A DNA stretch of 64,000 nucleotides from Gammaproteobacteria bacterium (lineage in GTDB: Bacteria > Pseudomonadota > Gammaproteobacteria > Thiohalobacterales > Thiohalobacteraceae): positions 8,886 through 72,885 of the forward strand of contig JAHJQQ010000041.1 in assembly GCA_018819175.1 (NCBI GenBank). The letters run 5' to 3'. The notes under the pieces are model-generated. The model saw nothing but the letters and a program-made list of their open reading frames with translations, did no database searches and was not told the origin of the DNA. Position numbers and translations under genes: made by a program. Shown here one piece after another: positions 1-9,644 of the stretch. Within the stretch, counting starts at the first letter, position 1, and each line of letters opens with the position of its first letter.

Positions 1-351
1 GCTTGGTGGATCGTTGTCGGTGATCGGTGCCAGGCTTATCGCACCAAGGACGGCACGCATCAGCACAGCGACATCCGCCGCGTTGAGCAGTCCATCCGGA
101 TTGCCCACGGGCGCCACGTCCCCAACCAAACGCTCGTCGTCTGTCAGCGTGATGACACCCATCACAGCGCGTTGCAAGATCAAAACGTCTGCTACGTTCA
201 ACTCGGAGTTCGGCGCCCCTCTGGGGGCCAAATCACCTGCGACCAGAGTTCCGGCAGGTGATATAGAGGGAATTAGGCTAAAAATACCGGCGACAACCCA
301 TAATCGCAGGAAGCACAAGAACCTGAAATGTGTAGAAAGATATGGAGGCAA
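1..351 (-). CDS. Partial secreted protein with two dockerin-like Ca-binding repeat modules; the C-terminal part runs off the left window edge
   Basis: My own minus-strand translation, in the frame whose codons end at nt 1, reads ...FLRLWVVAGIFSLIPSISPAGTLVAGDLAPRGAPNSELNVADVLILQRAVMGVITLTDDERLVGDVAPVGNPDGLLNAADVAVLMRAVLGAISLAPITDNDPP. It shows a hydrophobic leader followed by a duplicated GD.AP.G.P(N/D)..LN.ADV..L.RAV.G motif. There is no ATG; candidate TTG starts are at 351 or 318. The nearest upstream in-frame stop is TAA at 379-381 (a TAG follows at 415-417). Confidence 0.45.
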   Translation of the reverse strand, partial: MPPYLSTHFRFLCFLRLWVVAGIFSLIPSISPAGTLVAGDLAPRGAPNSELNVADVLILQRAVMGVITLTDDERLVGDVAPVGNPDGLLNAADVAVLMRAVLGAISLAPITDNDPPS

Positions 352-792
352 CGTCCCTGCTCCCCGGATTTGTTGGCTTTATTGTGTGGGTCTTAACAGC
401 CCTTTCGCGCCAATCTAGAGGAACCGGATCGCAGGCGCAAGCTGGAACGCTCTGATCGAATGCCATCGATAACGATGGCGCCCCCTGATATTCGCAGTCA
501 CTTGCCATAGCAGGGTAGCGACGTCCCAACATACCCGCTAATACAGCGCGGAATATTCGCGTCTGGTGGCCGCCTACTTCTGTCGTCCTGGCTTGTTCTC
601 AGCCACCTACCCACCTTGAACCTGTAGGCCCCCTTTGGGTTGCGGATTCAACCGGTTAGCCCCAAGGTCCTGTAATCACCGTAAGCAGCATACTAGCCAG
701 GATAAATGCATTTGAAGGCTTTGTTCTAACCAGACATTCAAGAGTTCATCAAATTGGGCACTGACTGTCAGATTACGTCGTGGCTACTACGC

Positions 793-1464
793 TCATGGTT
801 TGCCCAATGCACTAATTGCAAACACCTCACTCTCTTTGGCCGAAAGCAGCACACCATAATAGACCGCATACTTCAGCTTTACTTCCTGCACTTTATGCAG
901 CGCGATCAACCAAGAGTGCTTATGCCAAGTACCGGCCGCGTCTAACGCATAACCAACAGCAATGCTGTAGAGGGCGGGGCTTAGTCGCCAGAGTCTGGCC
1001 ACACTGCGTTCCGTGACCATCTCCGGACCTGAAATAAGATTAACCTCCAGACTGTTCCACGTCTGGCCGCGGTCCAGCAGCAGATCGTTGTAGGGGTACA
1101 GATCATCGATTGCCGCCTCCTTACCTGCCATGGAGAGCAAACGTTTACGCAATTCTAGAAATTTATTCTTCGATTTAAGACGAGCCTCCACCTGCTTTCG
1201 CAGCGCCTCGCGCTGCTGCTTATCGATCGGCTCAAAATTAGAGGCTGCGGAATTGTCAGAAATGGATTCTTTGGCCTTGGCAGAGGATTCTGGAGTGTCG
1301 ATCTGTTCAGCCGCCTCCCGTGTTGGCATTGATCGTTGTGTCGAAACGGACTCACTTGAGTGTTTTTTCCCTCTGGCACCTCGCACCTTCTCCTCAATAC
1401 GCTTGCGCTGCTCATCACTCAGCCGCGTTGAGGATTTACTCTCTTTCCCCGTGTCTTCTGCCAT
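793..1464 (-). CDS. Hypothetical protein with a Lys/Glu/Ser-rich N-terminal half and a globular C-terminal half
   Basis: This is a 223-aa ORF in the track. No motif is recognised. It sits in a gap between the dockerin-like ORF and mtnP, and its codon usage looks coherent with neighbouring genes. Confidence 0.45.
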   Translation of the reverse strand: MAEDTGKESKSSTRLSDEQRKRIEEKVRGARGKKHSSESVSTQRSMPTREAAEQIDTPESSAKAKESISDNSAASNFEPIDKQQREALRKQVEARLKSKNKFLELRKRLLSMAGKEAAIDDLYPYNDLLLDRGQTWNSLEVNLISGPEMVTERSVARLWRLSPALYSIAVGYALDAAGTWHKHSWLIALHKVQEVKLKYAVYYGVLLSAKESEVFAISALGKP

Positions 1465-1521
1465 TACTCGTCCCTGGTGGGATAATTACGGCTGCACGCC
1501 ATATGTCCTTGCATACGCCGA

Positions 1522-2265
1522 TCAATCAATCATTGGAATAACCTGCTCCAGCAGACCACGCACCCGATCCATTCCAACCTTCAAATTACGTTCGATCTCA
1601 TCCATGCTGATTTCGCCTTCCCCACGCCCTGCCCCCCAATTGGCGCAGACGGCACAGGCCGCGTAGCAAAGTTCCAGTTCGCGCGCGAGTGCGGCCTCCG
1701 GCATACCGGTCATACCGACAATGTCGCAGCCATCACGTTCCATACGCGTGATTTCGGCTGCCGTCTCCAAACGTGGGCCTTGCGTTGCACCGTAAGTAGC
1801 GCCATTGATGACATCGATGCCCGCGGCCTTGCCGGCGGCAATCAGAACCTCACGCAAATCCGCGCAATAGGGCTCCGTGAAGTCGATGTGAGTCACATGA
1901 CTGAGATCACCCTGAAAGAAAGTGTGCTGACGCGACCAAGTGTAGTCGATAATCTGATCCGGAATCACCAGGGCCGTTGGCTTCATGGCCGAGGTAACCC
2001 CACCCACGGCAGCCACGGCAATCACCTTGGTGATACCGATATGCTGCAAGGCCCAGAGATTGGCGCGATAGTTGACCTCGTGTGGCGGGATGGTGTGCGC
2101 GGTACCGTGGCGCGGCAGAAACACCACTTGTTTACCGCACAGCAATCCATGCACCAGAGGGCCGGACGGCTCGCCGTAGGGCGTGTGCATGACTTCACGC
2201 CGTTCGATTTGCAGATTCTTAAGGCTGGTCAGCCCGGTGCCACCGATAATCGCCAATTCGGCCAT
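1522..2265 (-). CDS. mtnP: S-methyl-5'-thioadenosine/thioinosine phosphorylase (PNP/MTAP family)
   Basis: The N-terminus AIIGGTGL, the segment FLPRHG..H.IPPH.VNYRAN, and MTGMPEAALARE are typical of MTAP-type nucleoside phosphorylases. Confidence 0.85.
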   Translation of the reverse strand: MAELAIIGGTGLTSLKNLQIERREVMHTPYGEPSGPLVHGLLCGKQVVFLPRHGTAHTIPPHEVNYRANLWALQHIGITKVIAVAAVGGVTSAMKPTALVIPDQIIDYTWSRQHTFFQGDLSHVTHIDFTEPYCADLREVLIAAGKAAGIDVINGATYGATQGPRLETAAEITRMERDGCDIVGMTGMPEAALARELELCYAACAVCANWGAGRGEGEISMDEIERNLKVGMDRVRGLLEQVIPMID

Positions 2266-2300
2266 AGTGAATCGTTCTCCGAAAATTCAGAATGAATGGA

Positions 2301-2855
2301 TCAGTCTTCCCGCACGGCATAGATGCCGGGGAGGTTGCGGTGATAACCGTGGTAATCCATGCCGCAGCCGAACACATAACGGTCTTCCACTTCAATGCCG
2401 ACGAAATCCGCACTCACACCTGCTGTGCGTCGATCATGTATCTTCTCGACCAGCACAGCGCTGTAGACAGCAGCGGCACCCTGCTCATTGAGGTAGGCCA
2501 ATATCGCCGCCAGCGTCAGTCCCTCATCGAGGATGTCATCAACCACCAACAGGGTGCGTCCTGCCAGGGGCAACGAGGGACGCACGGTCCAGTGCAACTC
2601 ACCGCCACTGGTCGCGCCGCGATAACGCGACGCATGCAGATAATCAATTTGCAGTGGAAAGTTCATACGCGTCAGCAGATGCCCCATCGGTATCAAGCCA
2701 CCGGTCATCACACAGATGACAATGGGGTCAAGTTCGGCCAGTTCGAGGCAAATTGCTGCGGCCATGCGATCCAGGGCATGATTGACCTGTTCTTGGTTGT
2801 ATAACTCTTTCGCTTGCGCGTAGACCGCTTGGGCCTGCTCGGCTGTGATCGACAT
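2301..2855 (-). CDS. hpt: Hypoxanthine-guanine phosphoribosyltransferase
   Basis: It has the PRPP-binding loop LLVVDDILDEGLTL and the size (184 aa) typical of a type I PRTase. Confidence 0.9.
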   Translation of the reverse strand: MSITAEQAQAVYAQAKELYNQEQVNHALDRMAAAICLELAELDPIVICVMTGGLIPMGHLLTRMNFPLQIDYLHASRYRGATSGGELHWTVRPSLPLAGRTLLVVDDILDEGLTLAAILAYLNEQGAAAVYSAVLVEKIHDRRTAGVSADFVGIEVEDRYVFGCGMDYHGYHRNLPGIYAVRED

Positions 2856-2862
2856 GCCTGCC

Positions 2863-3228
2863 TCAGTAAGTGAAGGTAACGGTATCGTCGTTCATGGCCT
2901 CGCTGATCACGTAGGCTTCACCGACAATTTCGAATATTTCCGGGATCAGGTCATCGCCCCATTGTTCCAATACCGGCGTGCTGACTTTGATAATCACACC
3001 TGCCTCGTGCGCATCTTTGATGAAATCATAAATGCTTTTGCCGCCTTCCTGGACAAACAGTTTTTCAGCCAGGCTCGGTTTGGCCAGCACTGCACAACGA
3101 CCAGTCAATACAATTTCGACTTCGTATTCCATGGCCGCGGCAACCGTGGCCTGGTAGATAGGCACGCCCAGTTCTGATCCATTGTTCGGATCGGCATTGG
3201 CCATGATGATGAGTAATTTATCTGCCAT
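2863..3228 (-). CDS. DsrE/DsrF-like family protein
   Basis: This 121-aa protein has the pattern MADKLLII.A..DP followed by alternating beta-alpha elements, typical of small DsrE-fold proteins. The call is by resemblance only. Confidence 0.55.
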   Translation of the reverse strand: MADKLLIIMANADPNNGSELGVPIYQATVAAAMEYEVEIVLTGRCAVLAKPSLAEKLFVQEGGKSIYDFIKDAHEAGVIIKVSTPVLEQWGDDLIPEIFEIVGEAYVISEAMNDDTVTFTY

Positions 3229-3292
3229 AGATGACGTAGATCGGATTCAGGCCACTTGGCGCATCCGACATATACCCTCGAAAGGCGACCAC

Positions 3293-4216
3293 TTAACGGA
3301 GTTGCTCTTCAATACTAGCAGCAGCGGCAGCAGCGCAACGATAACCTTCATCTATGGCCTCTGCCGCACGATGAAATTCCAGGAGACGGATATGCCCAAG
3401 CTTTGGCGCAAACAGCACATCAGGGGGATCTCCCGCCATGCGCGCTCGCGTGATGCGAACCTGCATAATGTAAACGCTTTGCGCAATCACGTCGACCATG
3501 GACGGTAGCGAATCACCGTTCCGGGTTAGATCATTGACCCATTTTTGAGTGCGATTCATGAGCCCATCACCCAAGTTCGCTAGCCAGGGAATTTCCTGCA
3601 TACGACTGAAGGCCTTATCCAGACGATTGGACTCGATGCCCTGCAAATCCGCCGCGCGGCGACTCAACAGATCGGCATTCAGATCGACCGCGATCACGCG
3701 CTCGGCACCCAGAGCACGACACAGCGACACAGGCACCGGATTCACCAGGCCACCATCAACCAGCCACTGATCATGATGTTTGACCGGTGTAAACAGGCCA
3801 GGTAGGGCGACAGAGGCGCGTATGGCGCGATACATCGATCCTTCTCGGAACCAGACTTCCTGTCCCGACGATAATTCCGTGGCGACCACACCGAACGGTC
3901 GCGGCAGTTCAGTAATGTCACAATCGGGAAATTGGGTTTCGAAAAACTGGAACAGCCGCTTACCGTGAATGAGTCCACCGTTGAAGCTGACATCCAGATA
4001 GGAAACCACATCCTGCCAATCGAGTGTACGCGCCCAGGCATCCATATCATCGAGCCCATCGGCCGCTGCCGCCGCGCCGACCAGCGCGCCGATAGAGGTG
4101 CCGCAGATCACATCCGGATACAGACCCTGCTCACGTAGCCAGCGTAAAATACCGATATGAGCCCAGCCACGCGCCGCGCCACCGCCTAGGGCTATACCGA
4201 TGCGTGGTCGTGTCAT
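3293..4216 (-). CDS. Patatin-like phospholipase (RssA-like)
   Basis: It has the oxyanion motif GGGAARG, the nucleophile elbow GTSIG, and a DGG(L/V) Asp motif. Confidence 0.85.
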   Translation of the reverse strand: MTRPRIGIALGGGAARGWAHIGILRWLREQGLYPDVICGTSIGALVGAAAAADGLDDMDAWARTLDWQDVVSYLDVSFNGGLIHGKRLFQFFETQFPDCDITELPRPFGVVATELSSGQEVWFREGSMYRAIRASVALPGLFTPVKHHDQWLVDGGLVNPVPVSLCRALGAERVIAVDLNADLLSRRAADLQGIESNRLDKAFSRMQEIPWLANLGDGLMNRTQKWVNDLTRNGDSLPSMVDVIAQSVYIMQVRITRARMAGDPPDVLFAPKLGHIRLLEFHRAAEAIDEGYRCAAAAAASIEEQLR

Positions 4217-4266
4217 GCGTCAGTTGGCTCGGTCGATGACTGTGCAGATCTATCCACCATCCATCC

Positions 4267-5313
4267 TTACATATCCATATCCAACAACGGAGCTTCATCA
4301 TAACTGTTGACGGCCGACACGGCGCGCTGCCACGACTCTGAGGCATGCAGACTTGACCAATCCTGACCCTGACGACCATGCAGGCGCGCGAGCCGAGCAA
4401 GTCCGGCGGGTTCCGCATAACCCGTCAAACTGTCGAGCACCTGATCCGCCGCATCACTACGGTTACATACCAGAATCATGTCGCAACCGGCACGCAACGC
4501 GGCCGCGGCGCGGGCGGGATAATCTCCGGCGCAATCCGCTGCCGCCATACTCAGATCGTCGCTGAATATCACGCCTTGAAAACCCAATTCACCGCGCAAC
4601 TGTACGCGCTGCCAATACGCCGAGAAACCTGCCGGGTGGGTATCCGCAGCGCTGTACACCACATGCGCAACCATTATTCCTGCCAGGCCCTGATGAATCA
4701 TGCGCACGAACGGCAGCATATCTTCCATTTGGATATCCACCAGATCGCGTGTATCCGTTGGCAAGGCCAGGTGTGAATCCAGCGTCACGCCACCGTGCCC
4801 GGGGAAATGCTTGCCGACTGCCTGCATACCCGCTGCCAGCATGCCTTTTTGATAGGCATGCGCGAGCCCGGCGACAACCTCGGGATTGCGATGAAAGGCG
4901 CGATCACCGATCACCGGGCAGATCTCCCGATTCAAATCCAGAACCGGCGCAAAACTGAGATCAACACCGACGGCACGCAGTTCCGCCGCCATCAACCAAC
5001 CGGTGGTCGTCGCCAGACTGAGCGCACGCTGCGGATCGCGATCATAGACGCGACCCAATTCGCCAACCGGCGGCAGTCGCGTAAAACCGTCGCGGAAACG
5101 CTGCACGCGACCACCCTCCTGATCCACGGCAATCAACAGGCGCGGTTCGCGCAAGGCATGCAGCTCAGTTACCAGTGCGGTGAGCTGTTGCGGGGATTCG
5201 TAATTGCGCGAGAACAGAATGACACCACCCACTTGCGGATGACGCAGACGACGGCGATCCTCATCGCTGAGCGCCGTACCGGCGATGTCGGTCATGACAT
5301 GCCCTAATGACAT
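4267..5313 (-). CDS. nagZ: Beta-N-acetylhexosaminidase NagZ (GH3)
   Basis: It carries the motifs DQEGGRVQR, KHFPGHG and IFSDDLSM. Confidence 0.9.
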   Translation of the reverse strand: MSLGHVMTDIAGTALSDEDRRRLRHPQVGGVILFSRNYESPQQLTALVTELHALREPRLLIAVDQEGGRVQRFRDGFTRLPPVGELGRVYDRDPQRALSLATTTGWLMAAELRAVGVDLSFAPVLDLNREICPVIGDRAFHRNPEVVAGLAHAYQKGMLAAGMQAVGKHFPGHGGVTLDSHLALPTDTRDLVDIQMEDMLPFVRMIHQGLAGIMVAHVVYSAADTHPAGFSAYWQRVQLRGELGFQGVIFSDDLSMAAADCAGDYPARAAAALRAGCDMILVCNRSDAADQVLDSLTGYAEPAGLARLARLHGRQGQDWSSLHASESWQRAVSAVNSYDEAPLLDMDM

Positions 5314-5370
5314 TCAAACTTCCTTTGCATGTACGAGGTGATAGGCAGAGTGTGCATACAATGGCCGCGG

Positions 5371-6174
5371 TTAAGGCTGATTCGCGATACTTTTCACATC
5401 CAGGCGGTCACGCAAGCGATCACCCAGAAGATTGACTGCGAGCACCACCACGACCATGGCCAGGCCGGGCACTATGACCATGTGCGGCGCGACCAGCAGA
5501 TAGCGCGTGCCGTCACGAACCATACTGCCCCAGGAGGCTTCCGGAGGCTGGACACCCAGCCCCAGGAACGACAGGCCGGCTTCAGCAATCACCACCGAGG
5601 CGACACCGAAGGTTGCCTCGACAATCAGTGGCGCGCTGATCAACGGCAATAAATGCGCACGCACCACGCGCGCGCGCGGCACGCCCAATGCAACGGCAGC
5701 CAATACGTGATCGCGGGTTTTCAACGATAACACCTGGGCACGCGCCAGGCGGGCATAACCTACCCAGCCGACGATGGTCAGGGCGATGACCACGTTTTCG
5801 ATACCGGGACCGAGAATACCGGCCAACGCAATCGCCAGCAGAATGCCGGGGAACGCCAGAAACAGATCGATAACATGCGTCAGCAGACGATCCCAGACAC
5901 CCCCGACATAGGCACTGAAACTGCCGATCAAAGTACCGAAGATCGACGATAGGCTGACAACCCAGAACGCCACCAGGAACGAGGTTGTCGCACCGGCGGC
6001 AAGCCGATCGAACAGCGGTCGACCCAGATCGTCATAGCCCAACCCACCCGAAGCCATAGGCGTCGCCAGTATGCGTTCCAGATGAATGCTGTTCGGATCG
6101 AGCGATAACCAGGGAGCGGCAATGCCGAATACGGCCCAGAGAGTCAGGATGAATACCGGAAACCAGAGTTGCAT
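5371..6174 (-). CDS. ABC transporter permease, DppC/OppC-like
   Basis: It is a multi-TM protein with a family-5 peptide-type permease signature (EAA-like loop ...SLKTRDHVLAAVALG). Confidence 0.85.
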   Translation of the reverse strand: MQLWFPVFILTLWAVFGIAAPWLSLDPNSIHLERILATPMASGGLGYDDLGRPLFDRLAAGATTSFLVAFWVVSLSSIFGTLIGSFSAYVGGVWDRLLTHVIDLFLAFPGILLAIALAGILGPGIENVVIALTIVGWVGYARLARAQVLSLKTRDHVLAAVALGVPRARVVRAHLLPLISAPLIVEATFGVASVVIAEAGLSFLGLGVQPPEASWGSMVRDGTRYLLVAPHMVIVPGLAMVVVVLAVNLLGDRLRDRLDVKSIANQP

Positions 6175-6176
6175 AT

Positions 6177-7100
6177 TCAGGTCCCTACCCGAATACGTGG
6201 ATCGATCAGCGCATACAAAAGATCAGTGAAACTGTTGATCACCACATAGGTAAGCGCGATCAACAGTACGCACGCCTGGACGACCGGATAGTCGCGGGAT
6301 TGAATGGCTTCAATGGTCAACAGTCCGATGCCTGGCCAGGAGAACACCGTTTCGGTAATCACCGCGCCGGCCAGCAGCGTGCCTAATTGCAACCCCAGGA
6401 TCGTAATCACCGGCAGCAGGGCATTGGGCAGCGCATGTCGAATCAATACCTGTCGACGTGATAGCCCTTTGGCGTAGGCGGTACGGACGAAATTTTCGCC
6501 AAGCACCTCGAGGACGCTACTGCGGATCATGCGGGCCAGGATGGCGGAGAGCGATGTCCCCAGTGTCAGGGCTGGGAGAATGACCGCGCCCGCCTCTTCG
6601 CGACCACTGACCGGAAACCATCCCAGCCACAGCGCGAAGACCAGAATCAACAACGGCCCCATCCAGAAATTGGGGATCGACACGCCCAACAGCGAAAAGG
6701 CCATCGCACCCTGGTCCCAGGCGGTATTGTGTCGCGCCGCGGCGATCAGACCCAACGGCAACGCCAAAACCAGTGTCACCAACAAGGCCGCCAGCGCCAG
6801 CTCTATCGTCGCGGGCAGTCGCTCCGCCAAGAGGGCTGTTATGGGCTGCTGGGAATGCAGTGATCGGCCCAGGTCAAAGTTTATCAAGCCTTTGATATAA
6901 ATGATTAATTGATCGATGACCGGCTTATCCAGCCCCAGCGAAACCCGTAACGCCTCGCGGTCAGCTGTCTGCGCGGACTCCCCCAACATGACATCGACGG
7001 GATCACCGGGAATGAGATGGATCAGCAGGAAAACCAGGACCACGACACCCAGCACCACCACAGCGGTACTGGTCAGACGCCGCAGAATGACTAACCACAT
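6177..7100 (-). CDS. ABC transporter permease, DppB/OppB-like
   Basis: The conserved N-terminus MWLVILRRL....VVLGV is followed by ...RTAYAKGLS...V...HALPNALLP. I chose the internal ATG at 7100 over the track start at 7163. Confidence 0.85.
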   Translation of the reverse strand: MWLVILRRLTSTAVVVLGVVVLVFLLIHLIPGDPVDVMLGESAQTADREALRVSLGLDKPVIDQLIIYIKGLINFDLGRSLHSQQPITALLAERLPATIELALAALLVTLVLALPLGLIAAARHNTAWDQGAMAFSLLGVSIPNFWMGPLLILVFALWLGWFPVSGREEAGAVILPALTLGTSLSAILARMIRSSVLEVLGENFVRTAYAKGLSRRQVLIRHALPNALLPVITILGLQLGTLLAGAVITETVFSWPGIGLLTIEAIQSRDYPVVQACVLLIALTYVVINSFTDLLYALIDPRIRVGT

Positions 7101-7307
7101 AAACGTGCTCCCTTCCGCATCAGACTGCCTGCCCTGCTGCCTGCAAGCGGGCATTATACCCACTTAACCAGATGACTCTATTGCCCTGATCTAGTGTCAA
7201 GTGACATGGTACATTCAAGGATGATGCGCTATAAACGCTATAAGTACAGTATATGGTAAAAGTACGTACGGGTTGGCGAAAGCATCACCGACAGAGCGAG
7301 ACCTACA

Positions 7308-7535
7308 ATGGGCCTGCAATGGATCCACAATGTTGGACGACTTGACCAGATTCTGCGTATCGGCATCGGCTTGGCACTGATGTGGGTCGGCTTCGTGGAT
7401 GATGCCTTAATCACTGATCGACTCATCGCCACCCTTGTCGGCTTGTTCGGTCTTCTCAATCTCGTCGCCGCGCTCTTCAGGGTATGTCCGTTCTATACCC
7501 TGGCCGGCATAAATACCAATAATCAAGACGACTGA
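7308..7535 (+). CDS. Small inner-membrane protein, DUF2892/YgaP-C-like
   Basis: It is 75 aa with two hydrophobic helices and the characteristic ...F.VCP.Y...GI.T ending. Confidence 0.55.
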   Translation: MGLQWIHNVGRLDQILRIGIGLALMWVGFVDDALITDRLIATLVGLFGLLNLVAALFRVCPFYTLAGINTNNQDD

Positions 7536-7549
7536 TAGTCAAATAACTC

Positions 7550-9481
7550 ATGCAGATAAGAACGCGACTGCTCGCGTCGTTTGTGGCGATCGCCTTGCTG
7601 GTACTGACCGTATTCGGCATTGTGGCCTATCGTATTGCTGAAGATGCGGCTGCGCGCCAGGAGACGCTGACCCTGCAGCGCGCATTGGAAAACATTGCCG
7701 GCTATCTTGCTCCGTATCTGCAAGACAAACCCTATAGGTTCGACCCAAATTTCAGCCTCCGCCTGCCTTACCTGCAACAGGCAACATTGGTTGTCGTGCA
7801 CACAGCCAACGGCACGCTGGTAAATCTACCCGAAATTCAGCGCACTGATTTTCCCGACAGAGATAAACTCCTCGCCACCCTCGCCAACGATCCACTCCCG
7901 CGCTCGGGAAACATGGATATAGACAGCACACGCTACAACTGGGCTTCGGTGTTCATCCCGACGACCAATCTGCGATTGACCGTCGTCCATCCTGCTATCG
8001 CCGCCGAATTCGCCATTATCAAAACCCTCGGTATGCGCTTGCTGGTGACCGGCGTGGTCGTCATCTGGATCGCCATCTGGGGCGCGCTGATTATCACAGC
8101 ATTACTGACCAAGCATCTGCGCAACCAGAATGCCCGGCTGATACACCAGTCGTTACACGACGAACTGACCGACCTGCCCAATCGCACGCTGCTCTATGAT
8201 CGCGTCGAGCAGGCCTTGCACCGTGCCCATCGAGACGGCCACCCACTTACCTTGTTTCTCATGGATCTTGATCGCTTCAAAGAGGTGAATGACACCCTCG
8301 GGCATCATTTCGGCGATTATGTGCTTCAGCAGGTCGGAAAACGCATATCCGCCGCACTCCGTGAGACGGACACCGTGGCCCGTCTTGGTGGCGATGAGTT
8401 TGCGGTACTGATTCCGGATGCCGATGCCGATGATGCACGCAACTGCGCCGATAAACTGCTGGCCGCCCTGGATATCGCCATTCCGGTGAATGGCATGTCG
8501 ATCTCGATCAAAACCAGTATCGGTATCGCACTGTATCCCTTGCATGGCAATGACGCCGAGACGCTGCTGCAGCACGCCGATGTGGCCATGTATCAGGCCA
8601 AACGCAATAATCTCGGATATAGCCTGTATGCACAGGATCAGGATCCGCACAGTGTGCGCCGCCTGACCCTGATCGGTGAGCTGCGCGATGCGATCAGCAA
8701 AAACCAGCTGGTACTGCACTACCAGCCCAAAGTGCATTTACGTCAGCAGCGCACTGTGGGTGTCGAGGCGCTGGTACGCTGGCAACATCCGACACTGGGA
8801 CTGATACAGCCCGATGAATTCGTCCCTTTGACGGAACAGAACGGGCTGATCTCCAGCCTTACCGACTGGGTGTTGCAGGAATCCATCCAGCAATGCTGCG
8901 AGTGGCGTTCCCGCGGGATCAATCTGCGTATCGCCGTTAATCTTTCCGCGCACAGTCTGCACAATATGGCCTTGCCAGATCATATCGCCGCACGGCTGCA
9001 TGCAGCGGGTATGCCGGCCTGCCATCTGGATATTGAACTGACTGAGAGCGCCATGATGTCCGATCTGGCGAATGCCATGGAGATTCTGGAACGCCTGTCG
9101 AGTATGGGTGTTCGTCTGGCGATTGACGATTTCGGTACCGGCATGTCTTCGCTCAGCTATCTCAAGCGTCTGCCCGTGAACGAACTGAAAATCGACAAAT
9201 CCTTTGTGATCGATATGGCTGAGGACGAGAATAATGCCGTAATTGTCCGATCGATCATCGATCTCAGTCACAACATCGGCCGCGAGGTGGTAGCCGAAGG
9301 CGTGCAGGACAGGGACGCACTGCAGTTATTGGAGATGCTCGGTTGCGACATGGCGCAGGGCTATTTCATCAGCCGCCCGCTTAATGCCACCGAACTTGAA
9401 CATTGGTTACAGACCAGCCCCTGGGGGTTGCGCAGCCACAACCCACGCCCGGAAATTGTCTCTATCAAGAAGCCCAATTAG
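7550..9481 (+). CDS. Membrane sensor diguanylate cyclase/phosphodiesterase (GGDEF-EAL)
   Basis: Two TM segments flank a periplasmic region. It has the motifs RLGGDEFAV (GGDEF) and EALVRW...DDFGTG...KIDKSF (EAL). Confidence 0.9.
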   Translation: MQIRTRLLASFVAIALLVLTVFGIVAYRIAEDAAARQETLTLQRALENIAGYLAPYLQDKPYRFDPNFSLRLPYLQQATLVVVHTANGTLVNLPEIQRTDFPDRDKLLATLANDPLPRSGNMDIDSTRYNWASVFIPTTNLRLTVVHPAIAAEFAIIKTLGMRLLVTGVVVIWIAIWGALIITALLTKHLRNQNARLIHQSLHDELTDLPNRTLLYDRVEQALHRAHRDGHPLTLFLMDLDRFKEVNDTLGHHFGDYVLQQVGKRISAALRETDTVARLGGDEFAVLIPDADADDARNCADKLLAALDIAIPVNGMSISIKTSIGIALYPLHGNDAETLLQHADVAMYQAKRNNLGYSLYAQDQDPHSVRRLTLIGELRDAISKNQLVLHYQPKVHLRQQRTVGVEALVRWQHPTLGLIQPDEFVPLTEQNGLISSLTDWVLQESIQQCCEWRSRGINLRIAVNLSAHSLHNMALPDHIAARLHAAGMPACHLDIELTESAMMSDLANAMEILERLSSMGVRLAIDDFGTGMSSLSYLKRLPVNELKIDKSFVIDMAEDENNAVIVRSIIDLSHNIGREVVAEGVQDRDALQLLEMLGCDMAQGYFISRPLNATELEHWLQTSPWGLRSHNPRPEIVSIKKPN

Positions 9482-9494
9482 GGGAACATTGTAA

Positions 9495-9572
9495 TAATTC
9501 GTCATTCCGGCGAATGCCGGAATCTAGCGCCTTGAATTACATGGATTCCGGCATTCGCCGGAATGACGGCTT
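9495..9572. repeat. REP/MITE-like palindromic element, family A (CGTCATTCCGG...CCGGAATGACG), full copy
   Basis: The left arm cgtcattccggcgaatgccggaatc (9500-9524) is perfectly complementary to the right arm gattccggcattcgccggaatgacg (9544-9568). Confidence 0.9.
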
Positions 9573-9644
9573 AACACCAGAACATCCGCCCGCTATCGTC
9601 GCGATTCGCTACGCTCACCAGTACCTACGAGATAAACGTGATTC

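Noticed and set aside
14-532. Track ORFs 14-418 (+) and 278-532 (-).
   Set aside because: The plus ORF is antisense to the dockerin-like frame, whose internal duplication gives it better support. The minus ORF is in a different frame with no motif.
420-792. An about 370-bp ORF-free stretch that I examined for an ncRNA or riboswitch.
   Set aside because: I saw no convincing conserved-looking stem-loops or known riboswitch cores by eye. I cannot support any call without covariance-model searches.
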